Source of the DNA: a virus
Lineage: Duplodnaviria; Caudoviricetes
Virus record (IMG/VR): IMGVR_UViG_3300032280_000663
Location: 1-48,586 of that record
Strand: one strand, 5' to 3'
DNA length: 48,586 bases
A model generated the notes under the pieces. The model saw only the letters and a program-made list of their open reading frames with translations, had not been told where the DNA came from and made no database searches. A program made the translations under genes and the position numbers. Positions within the stretch are counted from its first letter, which is position 1. Each line of letters opens with the position of its first letter. Positions 22,501 to 28,421 of this stretch are shown here, in pieces.

Positions 22501-24941
22501 GCACCTTAACCGGTGTTGACCGTACCATGGGCTTCTATGCTCCTACTGCCAACCAGCCTGGATTGAGTTTACCTTTGCTGATTGATGGTGTTGAATATCC
22601 CGGAGTTCAGGTATATGGTGTTGGCTTTGATCAATATCCCGGCTTTGACATTGCACCGTTTGATTCAACACCGTTTGATAACTTGATTTATGGACCAGAG
22701 GGTCGCCCAACATTTGATCAGGCCATACTGGACACTATTTTTGAAAGTGTATACACAGATCCTTACCTGGGAACTAGACCTACCAGTATCAATGTTGAAG
22801 GTGGCGGATACATTGACCAGTACTCAAGTTATGCACCCGAAGAACTGGTACCAGGCAGCGAATTTGACACACTGGATATTCGTGTGTATACTACCCCGGG
22901 CGCAGACTGGGCACGAGACGGGCATGGATTCCGTACAGAAGTACAAAAATTTACCAGCACATCGCTGGGAGAAACTTATAGTTTTGCCGGAATTGCACCT
23001 GTGCCTGCCACAATGATCATAACAAATCAAACAACAGGTCTTGATTTAACAATAGATGTAGACTACACAGCCGACTGGGCAGAACAAACTATTACACTGG
23101 ACTCAAGTATACCTGTTGGTAGTGCAATAGTAATTACGTTGTACGAAATAGGTGGCGGAAATCAACTGCTCAAACGTTCTTACAACGGTGCGGAAATTGG
23201 AAATACTCTAGTGGTACCAGTTCAATATTCGTTGATCACTGAATTTGTAATTTTTGTCAATGGAGTATTGACCACAGACTATACGTTTAGTCAGTATTCC
23301 AGCACCAGCACAGAGTTGATTTTTGGAACCACCTACACCATCAATGATTACCTAATGGTGGGTGCAATTGGTCCAACCACAGTAGATGATTCATCTATTG
23401 TAGACTACAGCTGGTCTGTTCCAGTTACACAATACATTCCCGGTGTGACAGGCGTGACCACCTATCCACTGACCAACAGTATGGAGTATGTTAATCCTGA
23501 CAACTTGGTTATCACAGTGAATGGTCTACGTGCAAGAACATCAGCAGGTATTGAATATCTGGCCGATGGCACAACAGACTACCTGCTGCCAGAACGACTT
23601 GGATTCTCACAATCAATCATTGCTGATAACGAAGTTCATGTGTATGTTGACAATATTCCACAAGTGCTAGGGGTTGATTTCATAGTGGAACCGTATGATC
23701 CATACACACCTCGCGCTGTGATGTTTACTACACAGTTGTCACTGGGCGAAAAAGTGTTGATTTGTGTCACCACAAATGCACAAGCAATAGCAGTTGGGAA
23801 TCAATTGTTGTTTAACCCTGCCGGCGGGCTAGTACCAGTGGACGGTGATGTTATTGCAGTAACCAGCTGGAACGATACACGTCAACAAGATATACTAACG
23901 CAGGTATATGTTGGCCCAACAACAGGAGCCGCATTATTTCAGGAGCCTTACGACGCTACCGATTATGATGTTGGGCTTGTGATCAATGAACCTGGGTCAT
24001 ATGATTATTCAGCAGTACAAAGTGTCACTCGCAATAATTTATTTTTGAATAGAACAATTGTTAACCCTGACAATCTCTGGGTCACACTCAATGGCCGCCG
24101 CATATTTGTATACGATGACTTTACAATTGTAAATGATACAATCGTATTGGCCGGCGGCTACATCATGCTGCCAACCGACGTGATTGTGATTACAGAGTTT
24201 ACCAACAGTGTTGCTCCAGAAGCAATGGCATTCCGTATATTCCAAGACATGCGCGGTGTGCAGGCCACATATCGTATTACCCCTGCCACCACAACATATC
24301 TGGTTGAACCATTGGCAGCGGATGATGACACAGTGTATGTACACAATGCGGCTGCACTGAATGAACCAAATTTAGCAAACAATGTATGGGGATTGTTAAC
24401 TGTGAATGGTGAGCGCATCATGTACCGTACCCGTGACACTGTGCTAAACACAGTCAGCGGTCTGCGTCGTGGTACAGCCGGTACTGCTGCCGCTGATCAT
24501 ATTGTAAACGCTGATGTATACAACATCAGCCGTGGAAACTTGTTGCCAACGCAGTATCAAAATTATGTAGTAAGCAATCTTGAGAATGATACTGCTGTGT
24601 ATCCTATTTTAGGAGACGGCACAAACACGATTTTTGTAGCGGAATATCTCAGTGTTAATAATTTAGATGATAGTACTACAATGGAAGAAGCAGTAGAAGT
24701 TTACATCGGCGGCACACTGCAATCTGGCGGATATACTATTACTGAACCTGGGCCGCCACCAGGGGTGCCAGGCTCGCCGTTTACTTTACAATTTGATACT
24801 GCGCCACCAGATGGTGTACAAGTTACTATTTTGGTACGCAGAGGCGTAACTTGGTACGCACCCGGGGTAGGCACAGCCAGCAATGGTGTAGCATTACAAG
24901 ATACTGAAACCCGAGCCGCAAGGTTTTTACGTGGAGAATAA
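10548..24941 (+). CDS. Giant (4797-aa) multidomain virion structural protein (baseplate wedge/fibre-like)
   Basis: Uninterrupted 14.4-kb ORF coupled to the gp6-like gene. It begins RTVDFLPEIFQT..NKQFL and contains YIQEVKPYHTQIREF, seven FG-GAP-like blades, about 12 small beta-sandwich repeats and two CBM5/12-like motifs. Confidence 0.85.
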   Translation: MATVRTVDFLPEIFQTSTNKQFLSATLDQLVQEPQFKKTQGYVGRRVGPGVNADDKYVVEPTRTRTDYQLEPGVIIRKTDSDTVKDAITYPGITDALSTQGAFVDQSDRLYTSEYYTWDPQIDFDKFVNYSQYYWLAAGPLAVNVGGTAVPLTAEYTVTRENGVYTFSGYTGNNPTLTLLRNGNYTFNVAQNSKETVNYRVTASSTSAYIIDYVPNPALTLVRGNTYVFNLNLNVVSPFWIKTAPTQGRTDTYNSGVSRNGANTGNITFTVPQDAPDTLYYASETQFNMQGQLTIIDGTPGTGPGFWIQAEPGVEGVLPWSPNISSRDVLGVTNNGEDLGAVEFEVPSSTAQSFYYGLTSIGTVDLATNLTFSQINNIFLSEFFAANPSGIDGITNLNGRTVVFLNTTTDSESWENITQYDPLLPGQLGTGTFDTTSFAQATLLTQDQRYGVWQINYVTSSGGQQYIQLNEILPVANLEKFTIAFGTQYSNTGWYKDASGYFEAIPLLTAIKEVLFYQDGTDPGIFGQIRLIDQDNATTTYIDDIIGKQTYTSSNGVVFSNGLKVQFRGTTVPAEYENEEYYVEGVGTAIKLLPVKDFVTPEPYTQNSPIPFDSLPFDVGNFDYTLNAPLIPEYLTINRASPDLNAWSRSNRWFHIDVITAAASYNNTVPVLNNSQRAKRPVIEFYAGTRLFEFGSQGKQPVNIVDFDETDAMSNINGSIGYGVDGYDFVQGTRVIFAADTDPQVRNKIYVVNFIVPDTQPPLIAQPIINLVPAYDSEVLINQTVVNLNGLTQQGISYYFDGVEWLQAQQKIKANQAPLFDIYDIDGVSFSNLAKYPSTTFAGSKLFSYAVGSGAADPVLGVPLRYLSLNNIGDIVFDNNFYTDTFIYVVGNSAINTDVSAGFAYQYFDRVLYKRQLGWQVAATPSLIRQQFQFTYDGSPLRFNISIPNNTVVPAIQLFVGSEFILPADYTVTRTSTTTTIVLSNIYTPGSQIEVQVLSEQDSNNGYYQVPINLSNNPFNINSPDFTLGTIRKHYESIAENLLDFTGNINGANNTRDLGNIGRYGTVILQQSAPLTLAGFFMRSSEYNIFKSLEFNDREYNKFKNRLLENSIRSEWSNLTTSEIFDSIVTDLNTGKTNLNSFFYSDMLPSGNVYTDTVYTVTPITTGTFDTLQTYTFTSANFLGLLVYLNDTLLTLNYDYTVATDGPRITITTTLAVGDTITIREYADTTGNYVPNTPTKMGLYQSFKPEIFLDENYVNPTVVIRGHDGSITAAFGDIRDDILLEFERRIFNNLKTEGNPVPISPEEVIPGYFRTTDYTQSEITTILGESFLTWVGQNKIDYKTQQYISSNPFTYNYSQAGDREKDLPLLGAWRGISRYFYDTQSPNYTPWEMLGFSQKPDWWETRYGPAPYTQDNLVLWDDIQAGVVADPNGYYVRPEFVRPNLSTYFIPTGTEGQLLAPLYSVVGQYDPNVWRKSWVVGDGGPAEAAWWSSSSYPFAVMRLLALTRPAKFFSLFADRDLYKYSTEFEQYLYNTRYRLDAQGVQVYGGNVNTSTGVVTPVSKASYINWIVDYNQQLGINSTQALEAALANLDVRLCWRTGSFTDKQYLKIYTERSSPNSLNSSLLLPDESYDLLLYKNSPFSSVAYSAVIIQLTDAGYAVFGYSTTDPYFNIFASRTSGELQTISAGGSTVRVPKQYTNDIVQVPYGFVFANQSSVVDFLLSYGEYLRYQGMVFDTRENGYTLDWKQMANEFLYWANQGWTIDSLINLNPAALQLIAEKPGAVVDNITVQNPENMLLDQNRTPFDARNLIIERLENRFTVTSANNQSIAYAKIQFVNYENIVILNNVSIFADLIYNSATGARQNRIYITAFTTTEWNGTLNAQGFVLNQDNVQLWIPNRKYAKGEIVSYKNNYWSAQDIIQPKIEFAYSDWVKSDYSKIQKGLLPNIANKADQLANSYDTQTANLESDNDLLSYGLIGFQPREYMVALNLDDTSQVNLYKQFIGSKGTILSAEIFTGANLGKEAADYQIYENWAVRRGTYGANANRSFIELRLNEALLQSNPSTVQVIAPGETSLANQTILLNDLWRESYKIPTPNFLTTTTTSVTDTALPSAGYVNINDVDITVFSLDDPSNISASLDTVGNGTRIWVAKTNSYDWDIYRATQTPGRISRVNDNLDGTSLVTFTQIHNLNVGDLLIVRFFNDSFNGVYRVLTTPKPTTITVAYTFPNSNQTAIAGSGLGFYLDTMRVAQASDVGQLSYANDLVPGALAWVDNNGAGLWEVLEKQNVFSPSYSLDATIPQGNTGYGSSIAQAYENIAALVGAPAYGSSGAIYTYLRGQNSIYEENLLLQLYTTGTAGYGSALDIGYQSWAIAGAPQSNSGAGYTVIIYRSPASNKFLQTQLLIAPDYLSSAGSFGSSVVISRDERWAYIGAPDQDSVYAYGRVDEQIQHVEYVGDGITASFNYDNNLVFDLAQPGQITVLLNNVVQRYSIDYDLSSTAVIFNTPPLTDLPIVIARNMLVHLDTESYYNVEQDSTTGIGSDAKFTIDRVRGTYNVSLTTSGIGYVNGDVLTIDAATIGGGSSPANDLTITVTAITSGGITAFTSTGSGVSNTSVFDLQPLLYTATNINSFSVSVDSILQRPYIDYTFAGTTVTFDAGSNPPAGSDIVVESSTYFKYVDTFSGPVGSGFGTSLSPGTDGRQVVIGAPTDTIDALAAGSTYVYDRSVARYQVGIGETTTTTFALPTGYAEPVSVLINNTFLQNSNQFIGGEFTVTGGNVVLSSSVTLAVGDIIEIESNIFQPVQQITVKTPFDEAQFGTDVDMCPNNCSVYIGAPADGTVYVAAGSVQRNVNQARVYGVITSTIANPALTAGDTIRVNNYEVAVPASPNNTIAGLVNAINNTNGGVGIPNAVATLAPDLRFVGTNTTKTFDIGVTYSQCSSYTTVVYVNDTLQTVNFDYTYNNTTGIITFAIAPEGGAIVRVVPGIVTLSVINAAATLPYTRLEVLPGVVGTAFTDIGFVNYAYTQTITSPNPTLGANFGSAVFINTDATTVVVGAPTGDLYQPVTFDAGQTYFDDRSTIFSTVIIQSGVTYTFDYLPSATDSVIDPGQFVFGQQMYDSNIVALDRYGSAISYVTGRLLIGSPGSDLGDSSNSDVGRISVFENADRTPAWTVKHLQQPVVDVALLNSVYMYDKLESTITSYLDFIDPLQGKILGVARENIDYIGAVDPANYNNGPIRNIGNPWGAGRVGEIWWDTNSVRFIDPNQDDIVYASRRWSQVFPGSSVDIYQWIESDVTPAGYPGPGTPLSILSYTIRTELNTDNIFATRYYYWVRDIATVNTTAGKKLSTTAIANYIADPRSSGISYLAALNASTVAIYNVNELISAQDTILHVEYDRIKNDDNVHQEYELIADGVADSFLSANLYLKLQDSLSGVNVTGAAVPDPTLSPAERYGVEFRPRQSMFVDRFAALKNYLGYANRVLANYPVSETKSFTLLDSREPEPAAGSGAWNLRVADLTELGYQNLVLVPLGYRYLVVTDSSNSGFWTIYEVVSSTLTGSKELTLIRVQNYDTRRYWSYINWYSPGYDNTLNPVATVVNYTQLSGLTFNVAPVGSSVKVTNAPAGKYEIFQRTPTSWDRVGLEDGTIEFSAELWNYSLGNFGFDAEVFDAQYFDQEPVIETRKIIQAVNQQLFIDELAINRNRSLILMFEFIMSEFSNPDWLMKTSLIDVAHKIRNLIPYQSYRQDNQDFVLNYIQEVKPYHTQIREFNLSYDGNDEYMGMLTDFDNPAYWDPTLTVPQFIGPVLLPYTESTANSNTNDNADIESSAIIWTENPWSEWFNNYTLSAESVVITSPGTGYSYTTTVVVTGDCVTPAEMTAVVNSAGQIVEVNVIESGSGYVTTPAITFVGGGTGAVAAVVMGNGLVRQIKTTIKYDRYQYSTTIVEWQANVLYDDGTQVRYVDRVWQANSGDSFGVQSATFDPQEWIEINAGTLTGVDRTMGFYAPTANQPGLSLPLLIDGVEYPGVQVYGVGFDQYPGFDIAPFDSTPFDNLIYGPEGRPTFDQAILDTIFESVYTDPYLGTRPTSINVEGGGYIDQYSSYAPEELVPGSEFDTLDIRVYTTPGADWARDGHGFRTEVQKFTSTSLGETYSFAGIAPVPATMIITNQTTGLDLTIDVDYTADWAEQTITLDSSIPVGSAIVITLYEIGGGNQLLKRSYNGAEIGNTLVVPVQYSLITEFVIFVNGVLTTDYTFSQYSSTSTELIFGTTYTINDYLMVGAIGPTTVDDSSIVDYSWSVPVTQYIPGVTGVTTYPLTNSMEYVNPDNLVITVNGLRARTSAGIEYLADGTTDYLLPERLGFSQSIIADNEVHVYVDNIPQVLGVDFIVEPYDPYTPRAVMFTTQLSLGEKVLICVTTNAQAIAVGNQLLFNPAGGLVPVDGDVIAVTSWNDTRQQDILTQVYVGPTTGAALFQEPYDATDYDVGLVINEPGSYDYSAVQSVTRNNLFLNRTIVNPDNLWVTLNGRRIFVYDDFTIVNDTIVLAGGYIMLPTDVIVITEFTNSVAPEAMAFRIFQDMRGVQATYRITPATTTYLVEPLAADDDTVYVHNAAALNEPNLANNVWGLLTVNGERIMYRTRDTVLNTVSGLRRGTAGTAAADHIVNADVYNISRGNLLPTQYQNYVVSNLENDTAVYPILGDGTNTIFVAEYLSVNNLDDSTTMEEAVEVYIGGTLQSGGYTITEPGPPPGVPGSPFTLQFDTAPPDGVQVTILVRRGVTWYAPGVGTASNGVALQDTETRAARFLRGE

Positions 24942-24945
24942 TCAA

Positions 24946-24953
24946 GGTAAATA
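24946..24953 (+). promoter_or_regulatory. Late promoter-like GGTAAATA
   Basis: TAAATA core ends 4 nt before the ATG at 24958. Confidence 0.45.
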
Positions 24954-24957
24954 AAGT

Positions 24958-25095
24958 ATGAATCAGAATACACCATTATCACAGCCGGTGCCACCGGCTA
25001 AGAAGCCCAATGAAACAGGATCAATTTCTGTTGAAGGACATATACGTATTTTTGACCCCAAAACCAAAGAAGTACTGGTGGAGAAGCGAGCATGA
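24958..25095 (+). CDS. Small 45-aa protein missing from the ORF track (MNQNTPLSQPVPPAKKPNETGSISVEGHIRIFDPKTKEVLVEKRA)
   Basis: It fills the gap exactly, follows a TAAATA motif and has an ATGA overlap with the next gene. It is similar to the N-terminus of the next protein. Confidence 0.75.
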   Translation: MNQNTPLSQPVPPAKKPNETGSISVEGHIRIFDPKTKEVLVEKRA

Positions 25096-25700
25096 TAATT
25101 CAACCTGGCCTAGCCAAAATTGAAGGATTTATAAAAATCCACGACCCTGCCTCTGGCAAAATACTAGTAGACAAAAAAAATGCAATACATTATGAAAATA
25201 TTTCTATTGCTATGGCGCAGACGTTGAGCAACAGAAATGTTGGATATATCTATCAAATGGCATTTGGCAATGGTGGATCCAGCGTGGATCCCACAGGCAT
25301 CATCACATACTTGCCGCCTAACACAACCGGCCAAAATGCCACACTGTACAACGAAACCTACGCCAAAGTGGTCAATGACAACTCTGCTGCCAACACTGAC
25401 CCGGCCAACAACAAAATGACAGTGTTGCACACATCTGGTAAAGTGTACACAGATATTTTAGTAACATGTTTGTTAGACTACGGCGAACCGCCGGGACAAC
25501 AAGCATTTGATAACAGTACAAACTTCAACGGTGAGTACGTGTTTGATGAATTAGGGCTTAAAACATGGAACGGAAGTGCTACAGATCTGCGTCTGATTAC
25601 CCATGTAATATTTCACCCGGTACAAAAGAGTTTGAATAGACAGATACAAATTGATTACACCATTCGTATCCAGACGTTGACAAACCTTAGTGCGGCATAA
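25092..25700 (+). CDS. Conserved virion/baseplate structural protein
   Basis: 202 aa with MAFGNGG, YVFDELGL and THVIFHPVQKSLNR.IQIDYTIRI, a pattern typical of phage baseplate/tail-collar-like proteins. It lies in the structural module. Confidence 0.65.
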   Translation: MIIQPGLAKIEGFIKIHDPASGKILVDKKNAIHYENISIAMAQTLSNRNVGYIYQMAFGNGGSSVDPTGIITYLPPNTTGQNATLYNETYAKVVNDNSAANTDPANNKMTVLHTSGKVYTDILVTCLLDYGEPPGQQAFDNSTNFNGEYVFDELGLKTWNGSATDLRLITHVIFHPVQKSLNRQIQIDYTIRIQTLTNLSAA

Positions 25701-25720
25701 ATATAGATATATAATTGCAT

Positions 25721-25728
25721 TATAAATA
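25721..25728 (+). promoter_or_regulatory. T4-type late promoter TATAAATA
   Basis: Perfect consensus in an AT-rich intergenic gap, followed by GGAG (25737-25740) and the ATG at 25751. A second CATAAATA lies at 25696-25703. Confidence 0.7.
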
Positions 25729-25750
25729 CAATTAACGGAGTAAGACACAA

Positions 25751-27034
25751 ATGGCATATACAATTAATCTAACCGATGGCACCATATTTGCTACTATTGC
25801 AGATGGTACTATCAATACTTCTAGTAACATGGTACTAGTTGGTAAAAACTACGCTGGCTACGGTGAATTTTTGGACGAAAACTTTATCCACTTGCTGGAA
25901 AATGCGTCCAATACAACTGCACCAACAGCACCGTTAACTGGTCAACTTTGGTGGGACAAATCCACCGGACTGATGAAAGTCTACAACGGATCTGCTTTTA
26001 AAGTTATTTCGGCTGCCACTGCCAGTTCTACCGCTCCAACCAGTAATGTTCAAGGTGATCTGTGGTATGACACAGTTAATGCACAGTTGAAAGTCTACAC
26101 CGGAACTACCTTTTTGCTGGTAGGTCCGCAGTTTACTGCTGGAACCGGTGTGACAGGTGCTATTGTTGACACCATCACTGACAACACATCTGTCAGTCAC
26201 GTAGTAATTAAATTATTCGTTGAAAATGCCGTAGTTGGCATTGTCAGTAAAGATGCTGCGTTTACTCCGCAGGTACCTCTTACAGGATACACCACAGTAC
26301 GTCCCGGCATTACACTCAGCACCCTGGTAGGATCGCAGATTCCGTTGTTCCAAGGCACAGCAACTGACGCACAAATGCTGGACGGTATTGACTCCACTGG
26401 TTTCTTGTTGAGAAACACCAACCAAACCACAACAGGCACGTTTGGTGTGTTAAACAACACTGGACTGTCAGTGGGTGTTAACTCTGATTTCCGTGTTGGA
26501 GTGACCGGCACAACTGCAACAATTTTTAATCAAACCAGCGGTGGCAACATTGCGTTTAATGTCAACATTGCAGGAACCCCAACGCAGGTAATGTTGATCA
26601 ATGGGGCAAATGGTATTGTGTCAGGTGCCAACGGCATCTATGCCAACTATGCCGACGTTGCAGAACGTTTTGCGGCTGATGATGTATTGACTGCTGGCAC
26701 AGTGGTTGAACTGGGTGGCTCAAACGAAATTACCAAAGTTACCGGCGAATTGAGCGAAAGTGTGTTCGGTGTCATAAGTACTAGAGCAGCCTATTTGATG
26801 AATGCCATTGCTGGTACTGACGAAACACACCCTCCTGTTGCAATGACAGGCCGTGTCCCAGTTAACACAGTTGGCGTTGTACACAAAGGCGATAGACTTG
26901 TATCTGCAGGCAACGGACTAGCTAGAGCGGCCCAACCAGGCGAAGCAACTGCATTTAATGTCATTGGTAGATCACTAGAAAACAAATCTTCTACAGGCCA
27001 AGGCACGGTAGAAGCAATTGTCAAAATCAATTAA
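25751..27034 (+). CDS. Tail fibre/baseplate appendage protein with C-terminal intramolecular-chaperone autocleavage (peptidase G2-like) domain
   Basis: The N-terminus has LVGKNYAGYGE...ENFIHLLEN and two G.LW.D.....KVY.G repeats. The C-terminus has YADVAERF...GTVV..GG..EI...GVIST...PVAMTGRVPV...KGDRLVS...IGRSLE. Confidence 0.75.
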   Translation: MAYTINLTDGTIFATIADGTINTSSNMVLVGKNYAGYGEFLDENFIHLLENASNTTAPTAPLTGQLWWDKSTGLMKVYNGSAFKVISAATASSTAPTSNVQGDLWYDTVNAQLKVYTGTTFLLVGPQFTAGTGVTGAIVDTITDNTSVSHVVIKLFVENAVVGIVSKDAAFTPQVPLTGYTTVRPGITLSTLVGSQIPLFQGTATDAQMLDGIDSTGFLLRNTNQTTTGTFGVLNNTGLSVGVNSDFRVGVTGTTATIFNQTSGGNIAFNVNIAGTPTQVMLINGANGIVSGANGIYANYADVAERFAADDVLTAGTVVELGGSNEITKVTGELSESVFGVISTRAAYLMNAIAGTDETHPPVAMTGRVPVNTVGVVHKGDRLVSAGNGLARAAQPGEATAFNVIGRSLENKSSTGQGTVEAIVKIN

Positions 27035-27046
27035 TAGGATAATAAC

Positions 27047-28042
27047 ATGACATATGTTGTAAATGGACTAATAGAAGCAGTTGACTATAACGGGTTTGTT
27101 AGCACTAACGGCGCTAATGTAAACGGAATCTGGTCCACAGGTGCCGCAACAGCTGGATATGGTGAAACTGCGGTGAGCACTGTATCAGCAGGAGCGACAA
27201 TTACTGCCACTCAGTGGTCTACTTTAAACAGTAGAATTTCATCCATGGCCAGTCATCAGGGTACCACCATTACCAGTCGTAGTAACCCAGTCACAGGCGC
27301 CACCATTGCGATTTTAGCAAACTTAAACACTGATATAACAAACATCACCGCTGCTCGTGGCAATGCTTCTGCCAGTGGCGCACAAACAACTACTTTCAGT
27401 GGCACAACCAGTAAAACCACTGCAACAGGTTCTGGATCAACTCCGTGGACAATCACGTTCACTCACACTGTGACCTGGGCCAGTGCCAATGCTGCTCGCT
27501 ATTTTTTCAATGCTGGCGGACGTATCAAGTGGGAAACCAGCAAAACTTCAACTGGTAACTTGGCCGATGCAGAATGGAATGACTTGGCAAACACGCTTGT
27601 TGGTGACCTATTCATCACCGGCGGCAGTGTACTAAATCCACAGACAATTGCTGGCACGCCATATACAGGCACTACTAAATCAGGCGGAACTGGTACACCA
27701 GTTACATTAACTACCACAACTGGCTGGTATAACTTGTTAACAACCGACACACTAATTTATAAACAATTTGCAGATACTGCTCCGTACACAGGACAGTTTA
27801 TTGCAGTAAATGCCAAAACAGCAGGTGCCGGGACACAATTGGTATTGACCACAACCTGGGTTGATCCAGGCGGTTCAGGCACAGGTTCCAGCGACGTGAT
27901 TTCTGGCGGTACTGCCACAGCATCACCATTTACAAGTTTTGGAACAGCACCTACCACATTGGTCACACTGTTTGTACCCAGTGCAACATATCTAACCAGT
28001 GCCGCGTGGGGCACACCAACTATTGCAGCCGCAGTTGCGTAA
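27047..28042 (+). CDS. Thr/Ser/Gly/Ala-rich virion structural protein
   Basis: 331 aa with ARYFFNAGGRI. It is the last gene before the terminator, with AGGA upstream. Confidence 0.6.
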   Translation: MTYVVNGLIEAVDYNGFVSTNGANVNGIWSTGAATAGYGETAVSTVSAGATITATQWSTLNSRISSMASHQGTTITSRSNPVTGATIAILANLNTDITNITAARGNASASGAQTTTFSGTTSKTTATGSGSTPWTITFTHTVTWASANAARYFFNAGGRIKWETSKTSTGNLADAEWNDLANTLVGDLFITGGSVLNPQTIAGTPYTGTTKSGGTGTPVTLTTTTGWYNLLTTDTLIYKQFADTAPYTGQFIAVNAKTAGAGTQLVLTTTWVDPGGSGTGSSDVISGGTATASPFTSFGTAPTTLVTLFVPSATYLTSAAWGTPTIAAAVA

Positions 28043-28062
28043 CTGATCATAAGCGGTTTACC

Positions 28063-28089
28063 AAAAGGGCCTCCGGGCCCTTTACTTTT
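28063..28089 (+). terminator. Rho-independent terminator with cUCCGg (UNCG) tetraloop
   Basis: AAAGGGCC-TCCG-GGCCCTTT followed by ACTTTT, 21 nt after the structural-module stop. Confidence 0.8.
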
Positions 28090-28109
28090 ATCTATCTTTG
28101 TTGTATAAT
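28081..28109 (+). promoter_or_regulatory. Sigma70-like promoter (TTTACT-17 nt-TATAAT), probably leaderless
   Basis: Perfect -10 at 28104-28109 and a 4/6 -35 at 28081-28086. The ATG at 28116 falls at the expected +1. Confidence 0.6.
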
Positions 28110-28115
28110 ATCACT

Positions 28116-28421
28116 ATGAATACTGAACAATTAATTGCACACGGTCGTGCTCGATTTGATCATGCGGCAGCCAAACGAATCCTTAAAGAAAAGTATCAGG
28201 CCAAACTGACATTTGCACACGCTGGCGGTATGTGGTGCGCCGGGCCAGAACTGTTGGTCATGTTGGCCACAGTACCCCCGGGCAATGCAGTGATTTTGGA
28301 TCTGTATGAAACACCAGTACAGATCAATCCTGAAGAGCTGCGCGGTATGGCCATGCAGCGATGGCAAGAACAAATGAACGCTTGGTTGGCCGAACACGAA
28401 GAAATCAGCAAACAACGATGA
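28116..28421 (+). CDS. Hypothetical protein (101 aa), first gene of the modification operon
   Basis: ATG 28116 is preferred over TTG 28098, which lies inside the promoter. ATGA overlap with the next gene. Confidence 0.65.
   Translation: MNTEQLIAHGRARFDHAAAKRILKEKYQAKLTFAHAGGMWCAGPELLVMLATVPPGNAVILDLYETPVQINPEELRGMAMQRWQEQMNAWLAEHEEISKQR

Noticed and set aside
10548-24941. Intein, intron or diversity-generating retroelement target in the giant gene
   Set aside because: No intein splice motifs, homing endonuclease, reverse transcriptase or near-identical TR/VR pair could be seen by eye.
117-27800. Numerous 60-160-aa alternative-frame and antisense ORFs within the structural genes
   Set aside because: They are fully nested in long, motif-bearing ORFs and have no recognisable motifs.
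1-28042. Bacterial T6SS, tailocin or eCIS locus instead of phage
   Set aside because: T4-like late promoter motifs, jumbo-phage-type long gp6 and giant wedge proteins, dense overlaps and the absence of tss/afp accessory or host genes all favour a lytic phage genome.
28098-28417. ORF-track starts at 28098, 28361, 29960 and 46016
   Set aside because: Downstream ATGs (28116, 28418, 29972, 45965) coincide with promoter spacing or stop/start overlaps and are more plausible.
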